From Bacillota bacterium (GTDB taxonomy: Bacteria; Bacillota; Clostridia; DUPQ01), in the NCBI GenBank assembly GCA_022706885.1, contig JAKJBR010000001.1, positions 18,104 to 82,103 of the forward strand: a stretch of 64,000 nt of DNA. Direction: 5' to 3'. Below are positions 30,805 to 40,387 of this stretch, piece after piece. Position 1 is the stretch's first letter; every line of letters starts with the position of its first letter. The notes beneath the pieces are model-generated. The model was not told the DNA's origin. It ran no database searches and saw only the letters and a list, made by a program, of their open reading frames with translations. Made by a program: the position numbers and the translations under genes.

Positions 30805-31954
30805 ACGGAACCAGTCTTCCCCCGTCAGGAAGATTGATTGTTTCTTTATTCAGCCATGCATTGGTTGAATTCATGGAATCATAATATACTGTAAATCCGT
30901 TGGATTTTATATTTTCAAAATTTGCATCCTTTAAGATAAGTCCTCTTACATAGCTGTCCGATGTAACTTCCCAAACGCTTTTTTCCTCTATCTGGACAGT
31001 AACGGTTTTTGTCCTGTTTCCCTTGTTTATATATCCTTTAAAAGCTGAACCGTTTTTAATGAGCAAGTTAAGAGAAGAACTGTCATCGGTCATAATGCCG
31101 CCTTCCGCATTGGATTTGCACAAGGTAACCGTTGCTTCGGAATTCTTCAACAACAGTATATTGGATAAACTCCGGTCTAATGTTGTATCTTCAATCTTAA
31201 CGGAGGCTTTAGTATCTATCATGGAAAACATTGCCCCGTCGGCGACGGTCAGTTTGGCTTTTTTAAGATTAAGCGAAATATGAATCAGATTTTCATTGGC
31301 ATTATCCAAAAGCATTATGCCGCGATTTGTGTAAAACCTTGAATCATCCAGGGTCACTGTCGCTCCTTCGTAAAACTTAAGACTCTCCACCGTCATTTCG
31401 CTGGAACTTATACTCACCAGCGAATCGGATTCAACGCCGGCTCCTTTTGCCTTTACATTGGATTTGTTTAATACCATGGATGCACCCGAAGAAACCTTTA
31501 TTGCCGCTCCGGTTTCTCCCAGATTGTTTACTTTAAGACCTGAACCTGTAAATACAGCATTATCGGTTACACTTATTACATAATCCCCGTATGATGCAAT
31601 ATCGGTAGATATTACATTCATAACCGTATCTTTATCCGCCACTTTTAAGGCAAGCGTTTTTGATATTATTTCCGAACTCAGAATGGAAGCGGTTGAAGCT
31701 TCTTTAACATTGACCGCTTCATTGAAATCCACATTATATATCATACCGTTGGAAAGTTCCAGTACGGCTTTTTTGGATAAATCAATTTTATTGTACTTCT
31801 TGTTTTTTAAGGTAACCGTTTCGCTTTTCTGCTCATATGAGGTTAAAGATCTGTACAGCCTGGAAGCGCGGTACTCTTCTTCGGTGCACGAAACAAGTAC
31901 TGCTGACATAATCAATATAATGATGATTAACTTTAAAGCATTGGTTTTCCTCAT
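30797..31954 (-). CDS. Hypothetical lipoprotein, beta-strand-rich (possible beta-helix)
   Basis: Lies in ORF 30797..31996. An internal ATG at 31954 gives MRKTNALKLIIIILIMSAVLVSC, a lipobox signal peptide. The rest is Ser/Thr/Val/Asn-rich with alternating strands. The start site is uncertain because neither candidate start has a clear RBS. Confidence 0.5.
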   Translation of the reverse strand: MRKTNALKLIIIILIMSAVLVSCTEEEYRASRLYRSLTSYEQKSETVTLKNKKYNKIDLSKKAVLELSNGMIYNVDFNEAVNVKEASTASILSSEIISKTLALKVADKDTVMNVISTDIASYGDYVISVTDNAVFTGSGLKVNNLGETGAAIKVSSGASMVLNKSNVKAKGAGVESDSLVSISSSEMTVESLKFYEGATVTLDDSRFYTNRGIMLLDNANENLIHISLNLKKAKLTVADGAMFSMIDTKASVKIEDTTLDRSLSNILLLKNSEATVTLCKSNAEGGIMTDDSSSLNLLIKNGSAFKGYINKGNRTKTVTVQIEEKSVWEVTSDSYVRGLILKDANFENIKSNGFTVYYDSMNSTNAWLNKETINLPDGGRLVPFR

Positions 31955-32053
31955 GTCTGCGAAGTTTATTCTATATCCATATTTATCAATAATCAACCTT
32001 TTTATTGATTTTTCACCGGTTTTTACCTATACTTCAAAGTACTTGGAGAGATT

Positions 32054-32803
32054 ATGGACATCCTGGGTATAAAAATCGATAACATTGATATGGAAAACGC
32101 ATTGTTAAAAGCATCTGATGCTTTGTCCGACAATGAGTCTTTCAGATATATCTTTACTCCCAATGCGGAAATATGCATGGCTGCAATTAAAGACAGCAGT
32201 CTTATGGAGGTATTAAATTCCTCTTTTATGAATATACCTGACGGAGACGGAGTTGTTCTTGCCTCAAAAATTCTTAAGACCCCTCTAAAAGAGAAAGTTC
32301 CGGGATGTGTATTTGTACAGAATCTTTTAGGAATGGGCAAAACTTTTTCCGTTTATCTTCTCGGTGCATCATATGATTCCGTAAGTACTGCAATTAAGAA
32401 TATTCGATTACGTTACCCGCATATAACAATAGCGGGTTTCCATGACGGCTTTTTTAGTACCGACCAGGAAAAAGAGATAATTGATGATATTAATGCTAAG
32501 AAACCTGATTTGATTATTGTAGGCTTAGGCGCTCCCAAGCAGGAATTTTTCCTATACAAACACCGATATAATATACATTCCGGACTTGCAATCGGAGCGG
32601 GCGGAACCATTGACATTATTTCCGGTTTTTCCAGAAGGGCTCCGGAATTCTTCTGCAAGCATAAACTGGAGTGGTTCTACAGACTGCTAAAACAGCCTGT
32701 AAGATTCAGGAGAATGCTTAACATTCCTTTGTTCCTCATAAAGTGCAGGCAGCATGCAAGAAAGACAAAAAAAGCATACAAGAAAAAAAACAGAAGGACT
32801 TAA
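32054..32803 (+). CDS. WecB/TagA/CpsF-family glycosyltransferase (N-acetylmannosaminyltransferase type)
   Basis: Motifs FTPNAEI, IPDGDGVV, VGLGAPKQE and EWFYRL. Confidence 0.85.
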   Translation: MDILGIKIDNIDMENALLKASDALSDNESFRYIFTPNAEICMAAIKDSSLMEVLNSSFMNIPDGDGVVLASKILKTPLKEKVPGCVFVQNLLGMGKTFSVYLLGASYDSVSTAIKNIRLRYPHITIAGFHDGFFSTDQEKEIIDDINAKKPDLIIVGLGAPKQEFFLYKHRYNIHSGLAIGAGGTIDIISGFSRRAPEFFCKHKLEWFYRLLKQPVRFRRMLNIPLFLIKCRQHARKTKKAYKKKNRRT

Positions 32804-32908
32804 GTCTTTCTGCTTTTATGAGGAATATATTATGAAATTGTTGTGTTCTCATAATAAAGAAAACATGTGAATAAATTATGACTATACGGTTAAATCTTTG
32901 TGAAATTT

Positions 32909-33607
32909 TTATAGCGGTTTCTTTTTGGGAACTCCGTCCGGTCTGGGATATTTATATGCGGTATTTCTTGTTTTTTTAAAATATATGTTATTCCTTTTAA
33001 TATCGGAAAAAGGAATGGTCTGTTTATCTTCTTTCAATATCCTGACAGAAAGTTGCTTTATGGCGTTTTCGGCCGATTGCAGTTCGGAATTGTCGGTTTT
33101 CATGGCAATGAAAATACCCTCTCTTTTTATGAAAGGTACACAATATTCCAAAAGTATATTCAACGGTGCTACAGCCCTTGCCGCGGCAACATCAAATTGC
33201 TCTCTGTATACCTCTTCTCTTGCTGCATTTTCCGCCCTTTCATTGCATACGAAAATATTATCCAAATCCAGAGTCTTTATAACATGCTCCAGAAAAGAAA
33301 CTTTTTTGCCGTTTGCTTCAAGTAACACTATTTTTTGTTTGTATCCCGCTATCTTTAAGGGTATGCCGGGAAAACCTGCACCGCTTCCCACATCAATTAA
33401 CGATTGGGTTGCCTCTATTCCCTCATACAGCAAAAGGCTGTCTCCGAAATGCTTTATATAAACATCTCTTAACCCGGTTATTCCGGTAAGATTGAACTTT
33501 TTATTCCATTCTATAAGAAGAGAAGCGTATTCATCGAATTTTTCATAACACTCCTCCCGGTAATTTATTCTCAGTTCTTCAAAAATACCTTTCAGCAGTT
33601 GCTTCAT
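32909..33607 (-). CDS. rsmG: 16S rRNA (guanine527-N7)-methyltransferase
   Basis: Motif [15 protein letters not shown]. It follows mnmG with a 4-nt overlap. Confidence 0.9.
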   Translation of the reverse strand: MKQLLKGIFEELRINYREECYEKFDEYASLLIEWNKKFNLTGITGLRDVYIKHFGDSLLLYEGIEATQSLIDVGSGAGFPGIPLKIAGYKQKIVLLEANGKKVSFLEHVIKTLDLDNIFVCNERAENAAREEVYREQFDVAAARAVAPLNILLEYCVPFIKREGIFIAMKTDNSELQSAENAIKQLSVRILKEDKQTIPFSDIKRNNIYFKKTRNTAYKYPRPDGVPKKKPL

Positions 33608-35484
33608 TCTTTAGTTTTCCTTTTCTTTCGTTTCTGCTGCTCAATGTAAACATATAGAACCTGTACATCTGCCGGCGATACTCCCGAAATCCTTCCTGCC
33701 ATGCCCAGTGAAACAGGTTTCACGCTATCCAGTTTCTGTTGCGCTTCGTTCCTGAGACCTTTAATTTTTTTGTATTCTATATCTTCGGGAAGCAGTACCT
33801 TTTCCATTTTTTTAAACTGTTCCACCTGTCTTTGTTGTTTTTCTATATAACCTTCGTATTTTATCTTTATCTCGACCTGCTCTTTTTCTTCTTTTGTAAG
33901 CCCGGGCATCTCGGAGTCAATTTCATACAGATCTTCATAGCCGATACCTTCTCTCTTCAGAATAGCCGCTTCGGTTGTTCCGGAATTAACAGGTTGCTGA
34001 TTTCTTTTTTCCAGAAAAGGATTAATTATTTTGGGTGAAATGTTCTTCTTTTTTAACCGCTCTGTTTCCTTCTCTATATTTCCCATCTTAGAAAGAAACC
34101 GGGTATATCTTTCCTTTCCTATTAGTCCCAATTCGTAACCTTTCGGTGTCAGTCTTTCATCGGCATTATCCTGTCTCAACAGAAGGCGATATTCCGCTCT
34201 GCTTGTCATCATTCTGTACGGCTCGTTGGTTCCCTTAGTTACAAGATCGTCTATGAGTACTCCGATATATGCCTCCGATCTGTCCAGGACAAAGGGTTGT
34301 CGCTTTTTAATCTTCAAGACAGCATTTATACCTGCCATTATTCCCTGTGCCGCGGCTTCTTCATAACCGCTGCTTCCGTTACTCTGTCCGGCGGAATAAA
34401 GTCCCGGAAATTTTTTAAACTCCAATGTGGGCAAAAGCTGCAACGGATCAAAGCAGTCATATTCAATTGCATATGCACTTCGCATAAAAACAACATTCTC
34501 CATGCCTTCTATGGATTTATACATTTCTTCCTGTACATCCTCCGGCATGGAACTGCTCATTCCCTGAACATACATCTCGTCGGTCATCAAACCCATAGGC
34601 TCAAGAAAGACCTGATGCCGCTCCTTATCTGCAAATTTAACTATCTTATCCTCAATAGACGGACAATATCGCACTCCCGTACCGCTTATCTTGCCGCTGT
34701 ACAAAGGAGATCTGTCCAGATTTCTTCTGATTATATCATGCGTTTTTTCATTGGTATATGTAAGGTAACAGGGTATCTGGTCTATTTCTATCTTATCCGT
34801 TTCAAAAGAAAAAGGCACAATAGGCTCATCGCCGTCCTGAACGGACATCTTGCTTAAATCAATACTGTTTTTATGCACTCTTGCAGGTGTTCCCGTTTTG
34901 AATCGTCTTAATATAATACCCTTCTTTTCCAGATTAAGGGACAGTTTGTTTGCGGGAAAGAATCCGTCGGGTCCGCCTTCATAAGACATATCCCCTATGA
35001 TAATACGACTCTTCATATAGGTTCCGGTTGCAATTATTACGGCTTTGGCGGAGATGATAACATCGGTATTGGTAACCACTCCGGTAACTCTGTTGTCGTT
35101 GTCAAAAACAACATCGGTAACCTCATACTGCCGGATGTCCAGATTTTCCTGCTTTTCCAGTATATGTTTCATCACCGTCTGATATTGTCTTCTGTCTATC
35201 TGAGCCCTAAGAGAATAGACTGCAGGTCCTCCGGATTTGTTAAGCATTTTTGACTGTATGAGGGTTGCATCGGCACATTTACCTATCTGTCCGCCCAAGG
35301 CGTCTATTTCCCTTACCAGATGTCCCTTTGCTGTACCTCCTATGCTGGGATTGCACGGCATGTTGGCAATACTGTCCAGATTCAAGGTGAAGATTGCCGT
35401 CTTTAATCCCATTCTTGCACCGGCCAGTGCTGCTTCACATCCCGCATGTCCCGCTCCGACAACAATTACATCATATTGCTTCAT
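33604..35484 (-). CDS. mnmG: tRNA uridine-5-carboxymethylaminomethyl modification enzyme MnmG (GidA)
   Basis: N-terminal [18 protein letters not shown]. 626 aa. Confidence 0.95.
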   Translation of the reverse strand: MKQYDVIVVGAGHAGCEAALAGARMGLKTAIFTLNLDSIANMPCNPSIGGTAKGHLVREIDALGGQIGKCADATLIQSKMLNKSGGPAVYSLRAQIDRRQYQTVMKHILEKQENLDIRQYEVTDVVFDNDNRVTGVVTNTDVIISAKAVIIATGTYMKSRIIIGDMSYEGGPDGFFPANKLSLNLEKKGIILRRFKTGTPARVHKNSIDLSKMSVQDGDEPIVPFSFETDKIEIDQIPCYLTYTNEKTHDIIRRNLDRSPLYSGKISGTGVRYCPSIEDKIVKFADKERHQVFLEPMGLMTDEMYVQGMSSSMPEDVQEEMYKSIEGMENVVFMRSAYAIEYDCFDPLQLLPTLEFKKFPGLYSAGQSNGSSGYEEAAAQGIMAGINAVLKIKKRQPFVLDRSEAYIGVLIDDLVTKGTNEPYRMMTSRAEYRLLLRQDNADERLTPKGYELGLIGKERYTRFLSKMGNIEKETERLKKKNISPKIINPFLEKRNQQPVNSGTTEAAILKREGIGYEDLYEIDSEMPGLTKEEKEQVEIKIKYEGYIEKQQRQVEQFKKMEKVLLPEDIEYKKIKGLRNEAQQKLDSVKPVSLGMAGRISGVSPADVQVLYVYIEQQKRKKRKTKE

Positions 35485-35485
35485 A

Positions 35486-36856
35486 TTATTTACCTATACA
35501 GAATTTCTCAAAAATTCTGTCTATAATATCCGCACTTGCGGTCTCCCCCGTTATTTTACCCAGGTCCTCCGCAGCAGCTGTTAAATCAATACTGAGCATA
35601 TCTATAAAAGAACCCTCTTTTGTGTTTTCAAGATTTGTAATGGCATCCAGTATATGTTTTTTATGTCTTTCGTTTGTTATTGCGGAGTCTTTGCTCCTTA
35701 TGCTTCCTGCGTTAACCATATCCAGCAATTTGTCAAAAATCTCATTGATTCCTTCCTTTTTATCCAAAGAGCAGGCTATAATCCTGTCTTTAAATAACTT
35801 TCTCAATTCTTTTTCCATTGACTCGATATGCTTTTCCCTGTCTTTTTCCTGTATAAGATCGGTTTTATTCAGTACGCATACTACCTTATCCCTGTCTCTC
35901 AAGTAATGGAATATCTCGTCTTTATACGGCTGGTTTATGTCCGCAATGTATATAACCGCATCCGATTGTTCTATCGCCTGCTTGGCTTTTTCTATACCTA
36001 TCTTCTCTATTTCATTATCCGTACTGCGGATGCCTGCGGTATCTTTTAATGTAACACAAAGTCCTTTTACATCAATCTTTACTTCCACTATGTCCCTTGT
36101 TGTTCCGGCTATATCGGTAACAATTACACGATTCTGCCCACATGCTCTGTTTATGAATGTGGATTTGCCTACATTTACATCCCCTATAACCGCTACAGTC
36201 AACCCTTCCCGTATAATTCTTCTTTCTTTAAAATCCTCTACAAATACCTTTAATCTGTCTGCTATATTAAGAGCTTTGTCCTGCACCTCTTTTACGGTTA
36301 TCTTTTCCGTATCATATTCCGGATATTCCATAACCACCATTATGTGTGAAATGAGGTCGATAAGTTCGCTTCTAATACTCTTAATCTGTAAACTTTTTTC
36401 TCCTTTTATCTGTGACAACGCCTCTTTGTAAGCATCTTCCGCTTGGCTGTTTATAAGGTCCATGACCGCTTCCGCTTCCATAAGGTCAATGCTGCCGTTT
36501 ATAAATGCTCTTTTTGTAAACTCGCCCGGTTGTGCGGGAGCAGCTCCGAATGCATATGCCAAAGCAAGTATTTTTCTTGTCACGTATAATCCGCCGTGGC
36601 AGTGAATTTCCACGGTGTCTTCTTTGGTATAGGTTTTCGGAGCTTTCATCTTAAGAAGCAGTACATTATCCAATGTATTGCCCTTTTTGTCTTGAATATG
36701 TCCGTAAGTTACCGTGTGGCTTTTGATATCTTTAAAAGGAGTTTTGCTCTTAAACATACTTTCAGCAACCGAAAAGGCATTGCTTCCGCTAATTCTTATC
36801 ACCGATATTCCTCCAACCCCTACAGGTGTGGAAATTGCTGCTATAGTATGTTCCAT
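35486..36856 (-). CDS. mnmE: tRNA modification GTPase MnmE (TrmE)
   Basis: N-terminal TIAAISTP, G-domain GDVNVGKST, and C-terminal FCIGK. Confidence 0.95.
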   Translation of the reverse strand: MEHTIAAISTPVGVGGISVIRISGSNAFSVAESMFKSKTPFKDIKSHTVTYGHIQDKKGNTLDNVLLLKMKAPKTYTKEDTVEIHCHGGLYVTRKILALAYAFGAAPAQPGEFTKRAFINGSIDLMEAEAVMDLINSQAEDAYKEALSQIKGEKSLQIKSIRSELIDLISHIMVVMEYPEYDTEKITVKEVQDKALNIADRLKVFVEDFKERRIIREGLTVAVIGDVNVGKSTFINRACGQNRVIVTDIAGTTRDIVEVKIDVKGLCVTLKDTAGIRSTDNEIEKIGIEKAKQAIEQSDAVIYIADINQPYKDEIFHYLRDRDKVVCVLNKTDLIQEKDREKHIESMEKELRKLFKDRIIACSLDKKEGINEIFDKLLDMVNAGSIRSKDSAITNERHKKHILDAITNLENTKEGSFIDMLSIDLTAAAEDLGKITGETASADIIDRIFEKFCIGK

Positions 36857-36858
36857 TT

Positions 36859-37509
36859 TTAATAGTTGTTTCTTCTTCCGTCTCTTTCAAAGGAAATTAC
36901 TATTTTTCTGTATGGCTCGTCTCCGATACTGTATGTGGAAATATTCTCCCTGTTCTGAAGACATGTGTGTATTATCCTTCTGTCATATGAAGACATGGGA
37001 TCCAGCATAAAATCCCTTTTGGCTTTGATTACTTTATCCGCAGTCTTTCTTGCAAGCTCTTCAAGGTAAGCCTTGTGTCGTTCCCTGTAATTTTCCGTAT
37101 CTATTATAACCCTTATATACGTGTCATAAGCTCTGCTTACTACCTGAGATGTTATAAACTGTAATGCCTGGAGTACTTCTCCTTTTCTTCCGATAATAAG
37201 TCCGGAATCGCTACAGCTAATTTCCGCCTTGTAAAAACCGTCTTCTTCGCTGACAAATACATCGGGCGCAAGATTCATCTGTGAAAGAACATCCTCTAAG
37301 AAAAACTTAATTGTTTCTTTGGGATCATCTTCCGTGGAAAAATACACTCTTACCTTTGCTTCTTTCCTTCCCAGCCCGAGAAGTCCCTTGGTTTCCTCCT
37401 CAACTATTTCTATTTCCACATCTCCGAGTTCCAGGCCTAATTCCGAAAGCGCCGCCTGTACCGCTTCATCAACCGTTTTTCCTGTCTTTTCAATGCTTAC
37501 CCTGCTCAT
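36859..37509 (-). CDS. jag: Jag/KhpB RNA-binding protein (Jag_N, KH and R3H domains)
   Basis: N-terminal GKTVDEAVQAALSELG and a C-terminal R3H-like motif (RRIIH). Its position after yidC is conserved. Confidence 0.85.
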   Translation of the reverse strand: MSRVSIEKTGKTVDEAVQAALSELGLELGDVEIEIVEEETKGLLGLGRKEAKVRVYFSTEDDPKETIKFFLEDVLSQMNLAPDVFVSEEDGFYKAEISCSDSGLIIGRKGEVLQALQFITSQVVSRAYDTYIRVIIDTENYRERHKAYLEELARKTADKVIKAKRDFMLDPMSSYDRRIIHTCLQNRENISTYSIGDEPYRKIVISFERDGRRNNY

Positions 37510-38501
37510 TTTTTATCGTTACTCTCCTTGCTTTCCTCTTTAACTTCATATGTTGCTTCAATAACTTCCTCACCCTGTGATGCAGCGCCGCTTCTTACAG
37601 CTTCGGCTTCTTTCTTTGCATCGTGGTTTTTCCTTATTCTTTCCATTATGAAATGCTGAACTATCTGGACAATATGTGTGAATATCCAGTACAGCGACAT
37701 GCTGACAGGTAATGTAAATCCTATCCATAATGTCATAGCGGGCATTAAAAACTTCATTGTTTTACCCATCTGCTCTGACATATCCGGAGCATCGTTGGGA
37801 TTGGGAGCCTTTTTCTTTGCCGGCATTCTTTTTTTCATAGCCTTATCGGTCAGATATTGTGAAAGTATAACCAATCCCACCGATATTAAAGGCAGAAACA
37901 GAATGGGAAGATATGTCCCTATCGTTTCCGCACCGAAAAGTATGGACGGATTAACCTTCGGAACCAATCCGAGATTCATTCCTAAGAAATTCATATCAAT
38001 AAGTTTGTCAAAAGATATGAGATCCTTTACAAGTTTGAATTTAGCAGGATCGGAAATAAGGTCGTTGTTTATGGTAGTCTGTAAAATTGTCGGGGCATAC
38101 CCTAATCTCTCTATTATCAGATTAATCGTGTCTTTGGAAACTCCCTTTATGTAAGTAAGAGGTTGTGCAAGAACTCTGTACATTGCTATCAGCAACGGAA
38201 ACTGAATCAGGGTAGGCAGACAACCTGATGCACAACCTACATTTTCCTGTTTATACAGTTTCTGAATTTCTTCATTCTGTTTCTGCTGATCGTTTTTATA
38301 CCTTCTCTTTATGGCATCCACTTTCGGTGTAAGCTCGGTCATTCTCATTGTGGATTTCTGACCTTTGATAGAAAGCGGCATCAAAAGAAGCTTTAAGAGC
38401 AGAGTGTATACGATTATGGTTATTCCGAAATTCTGTCCGCAAAGACCGGTATAGAGTAATTCAAATATCTTTCCGAACAAGTTGTAAATAAAATCAAACA
38501 T
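37506..38501 (-). CDS. yidC: Membrane protein insertase YidC/OxaA
   Basis: TM pattern, motif GCLPTLIQFPLLIAMY, and a basic C-terminal tail. Confidence 0.9.
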   Translation of the reverse strand: MFDFIYNLFGKIFELLYTGLCGQNFGITIIVYTLLLKLLLMPLSIKGQKSTMRMTELTPKVDAIKRRYKNDQQKQNEEIQKLYKQENVGCASGCLPTLIQFPLLIAMYRVLAQPLTYIKGVSKDTINLIIERLGYAPTILQTTINNDLISDPAKFKLVKDLISFDKLIDMNFLGMNLGLVPKVNPSILFGAETIGTYLPILFLPLISVGLVILSQYLTDKAMKKRMPAKKKAPNPNDAPDMSEQMGKTMKFLMPAMTLWIGFTLPVSMSLYWIFTHIVQIVQHFIMERIRKNHDAKKEAEAVRSGAASQGEEVIEATYEVKEESKESNDKK

Positions 38502-38515
38502 AGCCCTTCCTTTCT

Positions 38516-38725
38516 CTATTTAACAGGATCATAACCGCCCTTAAAAAGCGGATTACATCTCAAAATTCTCCACAGCGATAACAAACTACCCTTAAAAGCA
38601 CCATGTTTTTCCACTGCTTCAATAGCATACTGAGAGCAGGTGGGAACAAATCTGCAACACGGTAACTTGTTGGGGGAGATATTGATTCTGTAAAATTTAA
38701 TCAATCTGATTATCAGTTTTTTCAT
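38516..38725 (-). CDS. yidD: Membrane protein insertion efficiency factor YidD
   Basis: Motifs [11 protein letters not shown] and GGYDPV. Confidence 0.9.
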   Translation of the reverse strand: MKKLIIRLIKFYRINISPNKLPCCRFVPTCSQYAIEAVEKHGAFKGSLLSLWRILRCNPLFKGGYDPVK

Positions 38726-39056
38726 TCTTTATTATCAATTTTGCCTTATCCAGCAAATCGACTATTTCCTTCTCTATTTCATGGTATTCAGGTATTTCAT
38801 CAGTTTTCTTAACTACGAATACCATATCATACCCGTTTTTCAGATTAAAGTTACCTGTCCTTAATATTTCCTTTATTCTTCTACGATATAAATTTCTTTT
38901 AACGCTACTTTTGTATGCTTTGCTGCTTACTGATATGCCTACCCTGTTGCGCAAACATGCATTTTCCAGAACGTTTATTGTCAAATACTTTCCGCTGAAA
39001 TATTTTCCTTTTCTGTATACACGTAAAAACTCATAGTTCTTTTTCAGCGTTTCCAT
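38697..39056 (-). CDS. rnpA: Ribonuclease P protein component
   Basis: 119-aa basic protein with motif [14 protein letters not shown]-like. It follows rpmH. Confidence 0.9.
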   Translation of the reverse strand: METLKKNYEFLRVYRKGKYFSGKYLTINVLENACLRNRVGISVSSKAYKSSVKRNLYRRRIKEILRTGNFNLKNGYDMVFVVKKTDEIPEYHEIEKEIVDLLDKAKLIIKNEKTDNQID

Positions 39057-39096
39057 ATTTAACCTTTCGTATAAATAAAGGCATGAGAAAGGAATC

Positions 39097-39231
39097 CTAT
39101 GCAGATAATCTCTTCCTGCCCCTGGCTCTTCTGTTCTTAATAATCTTTCTTCCGGCAGCCGTCTTCATTCTCTGTCTGAATCCGTGGACTCTGCTTCTTT
39201 GTTTAGTTTTCGGCTGATATGTTCTTTTCAT
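39097..39231 (-). CDS. rpmH: 50S ribosomal protein L34
   Basis: 44-aa ORF absent from the supplied track: [47 protein letters not shown] is AGGAG. Confidence 0.9.
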   Translation of the reverse strand: MKRTYQPKTKQRSRVHGFRQRMKTAAGRKIIKNRRARGRKRLSA

Positions 39232-39297
39232 CAGTAACTCCTATATATAAAAAAATTTATCTCCTCTTTTTGTGTACATGCGTACACAGCGTATTAG

Positions 39298-39327
39298 ATT
39301 ATATATATTTACAATATAAAATGTCAA
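39298..39327 (-). promoter_or_regulatory. Candidate sigma-A promoter of the rpmH operon
   Basis: Minus strand reads TTGACA (39322..39327), an 18-nt spacer, then TATAAT (39298..39303). Confidence 0.55.
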
Positions 39328-39559
39328 GGTCTTTTAATCTGCGGCACAATGCATTATGCTATTCTCTTTTTTCTCTACTATATATAGTATTTTCAAATTC
39401 ATAAGACCACAATGATTACCGATATTCCTTAAATAGTAGTGTTAAATATCCGGTATGCAGGTATAGAATGAAATAATTACATATATGTTAGGCGCATATA
39501 ACATTTGCCGCTTTGAGGTTTTCTTAAAGATGCTTTATGGTTTGTTGCTCTTTAAGCGC

Positions 39560-39592
39560 AAAAAGTCCGCAAACCCGAACGAATCTGCGGAC
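39560..39592 (-). terminator. Rho-independent terminator after the tRNA-Ser pair
   Basis: Minus strand reads GTCCGCA, a 14-nt loop, TGCGGAC, then TTTTT. Confidence 0.65.
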
Positions 39593-39598
39593 AAATTG

Positions 39599-39690
39599 TG
39601 GCGGAGAAGATGGGATTCGAACCCATGCTAGAGTTACCCCTACTAACGGTTTAGCAAACCGCCCCCTTGAGCCTACTTGGGTACTTCTCC
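39599..39690 (-). tRNA. tRNA-Ser (anticodon GCU), CCA encoded
   Basis: Cloverleaf read by hand. Acceptor GGAGAAG pairs with CTTCTCC, the anticodon loop is TTGCTAA, the variable arm is long, and the T-arm is ATGGGTTCGAATCCCAT. Confidence 0.9.
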
Positions 39691-39693
39691 GTG

Positions 39694-39784
39694 TGGCAGA
39701 GAGATAGGGATTCGAACCCTAGGTAGGGTTGCCCCTACGCCGGTTTTCAAGACCGGTGCCTTAAACCAACTCGACCATCTCTCC
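39694..39784 (-). tRNA. tRNA-Ser (anticodon UGA), CCA encoded
   Basis: Acceptor starts GGAGAGA. The anticodon stem-loop is CCGGTCTTGAAAACCGG, the variable arm is long, and the T-loop is GGTTCGAATCC. Confidence 0.9.
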
Positions 39785-39818
39785 AAGTCTCAAAGTTCAC
39801 GCGCAAGCGCGCCTAATG

Positions 39819-39847
39819 AATATACCAAAGTTAAATAAATGTGTCAA
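39819..39847 (-). promoter_or_regulatory. Candidate promoter for the tRNA-Ser pair, overlapping a hairpin downstream of the DUF4446 gene
   Basis: Minus strand reads TTGACA, a 17-nt spacer, then TATATT. The -35 element is the 3' arm of the inverted repeat TGTCAAT-N9-ATTGACA. Confidence 0.45.
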
Positions 39848-39871
39848 TAGCTGCTCAATTGACATATATTG

Positions 39872-40366
39872 TTAAATATCGGAACTCTCTCTTGCTTGTT
39901 TTATAGCTTCTTTTTCTTCTTCCATAAGAAGGACATCCGATATTCCGTTTGTTATTCTTCGTACATATAGGGAATTGCTGTCTATTAACGAGATATTGGT
40001 AAATACTATACCGTTCTGCTTATCATCCATCAAGGCAAGTGAAAAGCTGAGATTTCCTCCCGCATCGTCGGAATATTTATATCTTACAAGACCGACATTC
40101 TTAAACGATATGTCTGCCAACTTATTTAATTTATCACTCTGCAGGTCCAGATATCTGATTTTTCGTTCGTTTTCCTGAGTTTTTTCATATATCATGCTTA
40201 ACTGAATCAAAAGGTCCTCATATGTCTTTATTTTATCAATAGAGATTTCCCGTTCCTTTTCCCTTTTTTTCTTCTTTTTCTTATTTTCGTTGTAAACAAG
40301 AACTATAAGCAATGATACAATCAGCGATATTCCCAAACTTATTAGCGCATATATTAAATAATCCAT
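39872..40366 (-). CDS. DUF4446-family protein
   Basis: N-terminal TM helix, a Lys-rich linker, and motif GGNLSFSLALMDDKQNGIVFT. Its position downstream of parB is conserved. Confidence 0.7.
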   Translation of the reverse strand: MDYLIYALISLGISLIVSLLIVLVYNENKKKKKKREKEREISIDKIKTYEDLLIQLSMIYEKTQENERKIRYLDLQSDKLNKLADISFKNVGLVRYKYSDDAGGNLSFSLALMDDKQNGIVFTNISLIDSNSLYVRRITNGISDVLLMEEEKEAIKQARESSDI

Positions 40367-40371
40367 TATTT

Positions 40372-40387
40372 TGTTTCACGTGAAACA
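40372..40387. promoter_or_regulatory. parS centromere site (perfect 16-bp palindrome)
   Basis: TGTTTCACGTGAAACA matches the Firmicute parS consensus exactly. It abuts the parB stop codon. Confidence 0.85.

Noticed and set aside
39219-39404. 61-aa plus-strand ORF in the rpmH upstream spacer.
   Set aside because: - It overlaps the rpmH start and promoter on the opposite strand.
- Its composition is AT-rich (Tyr, Phe, Leu, Ser) and it has no RBS.
39232-39598. Possible relic oriC upstream of rpmH, which is the canonical oriC position in Bacillus.
   Set aside because: - I found no 9-mer within two mismatches of TTATCCACA in this spacer.
- The region is merely AT-rich with a promoter and a leader hairpin.
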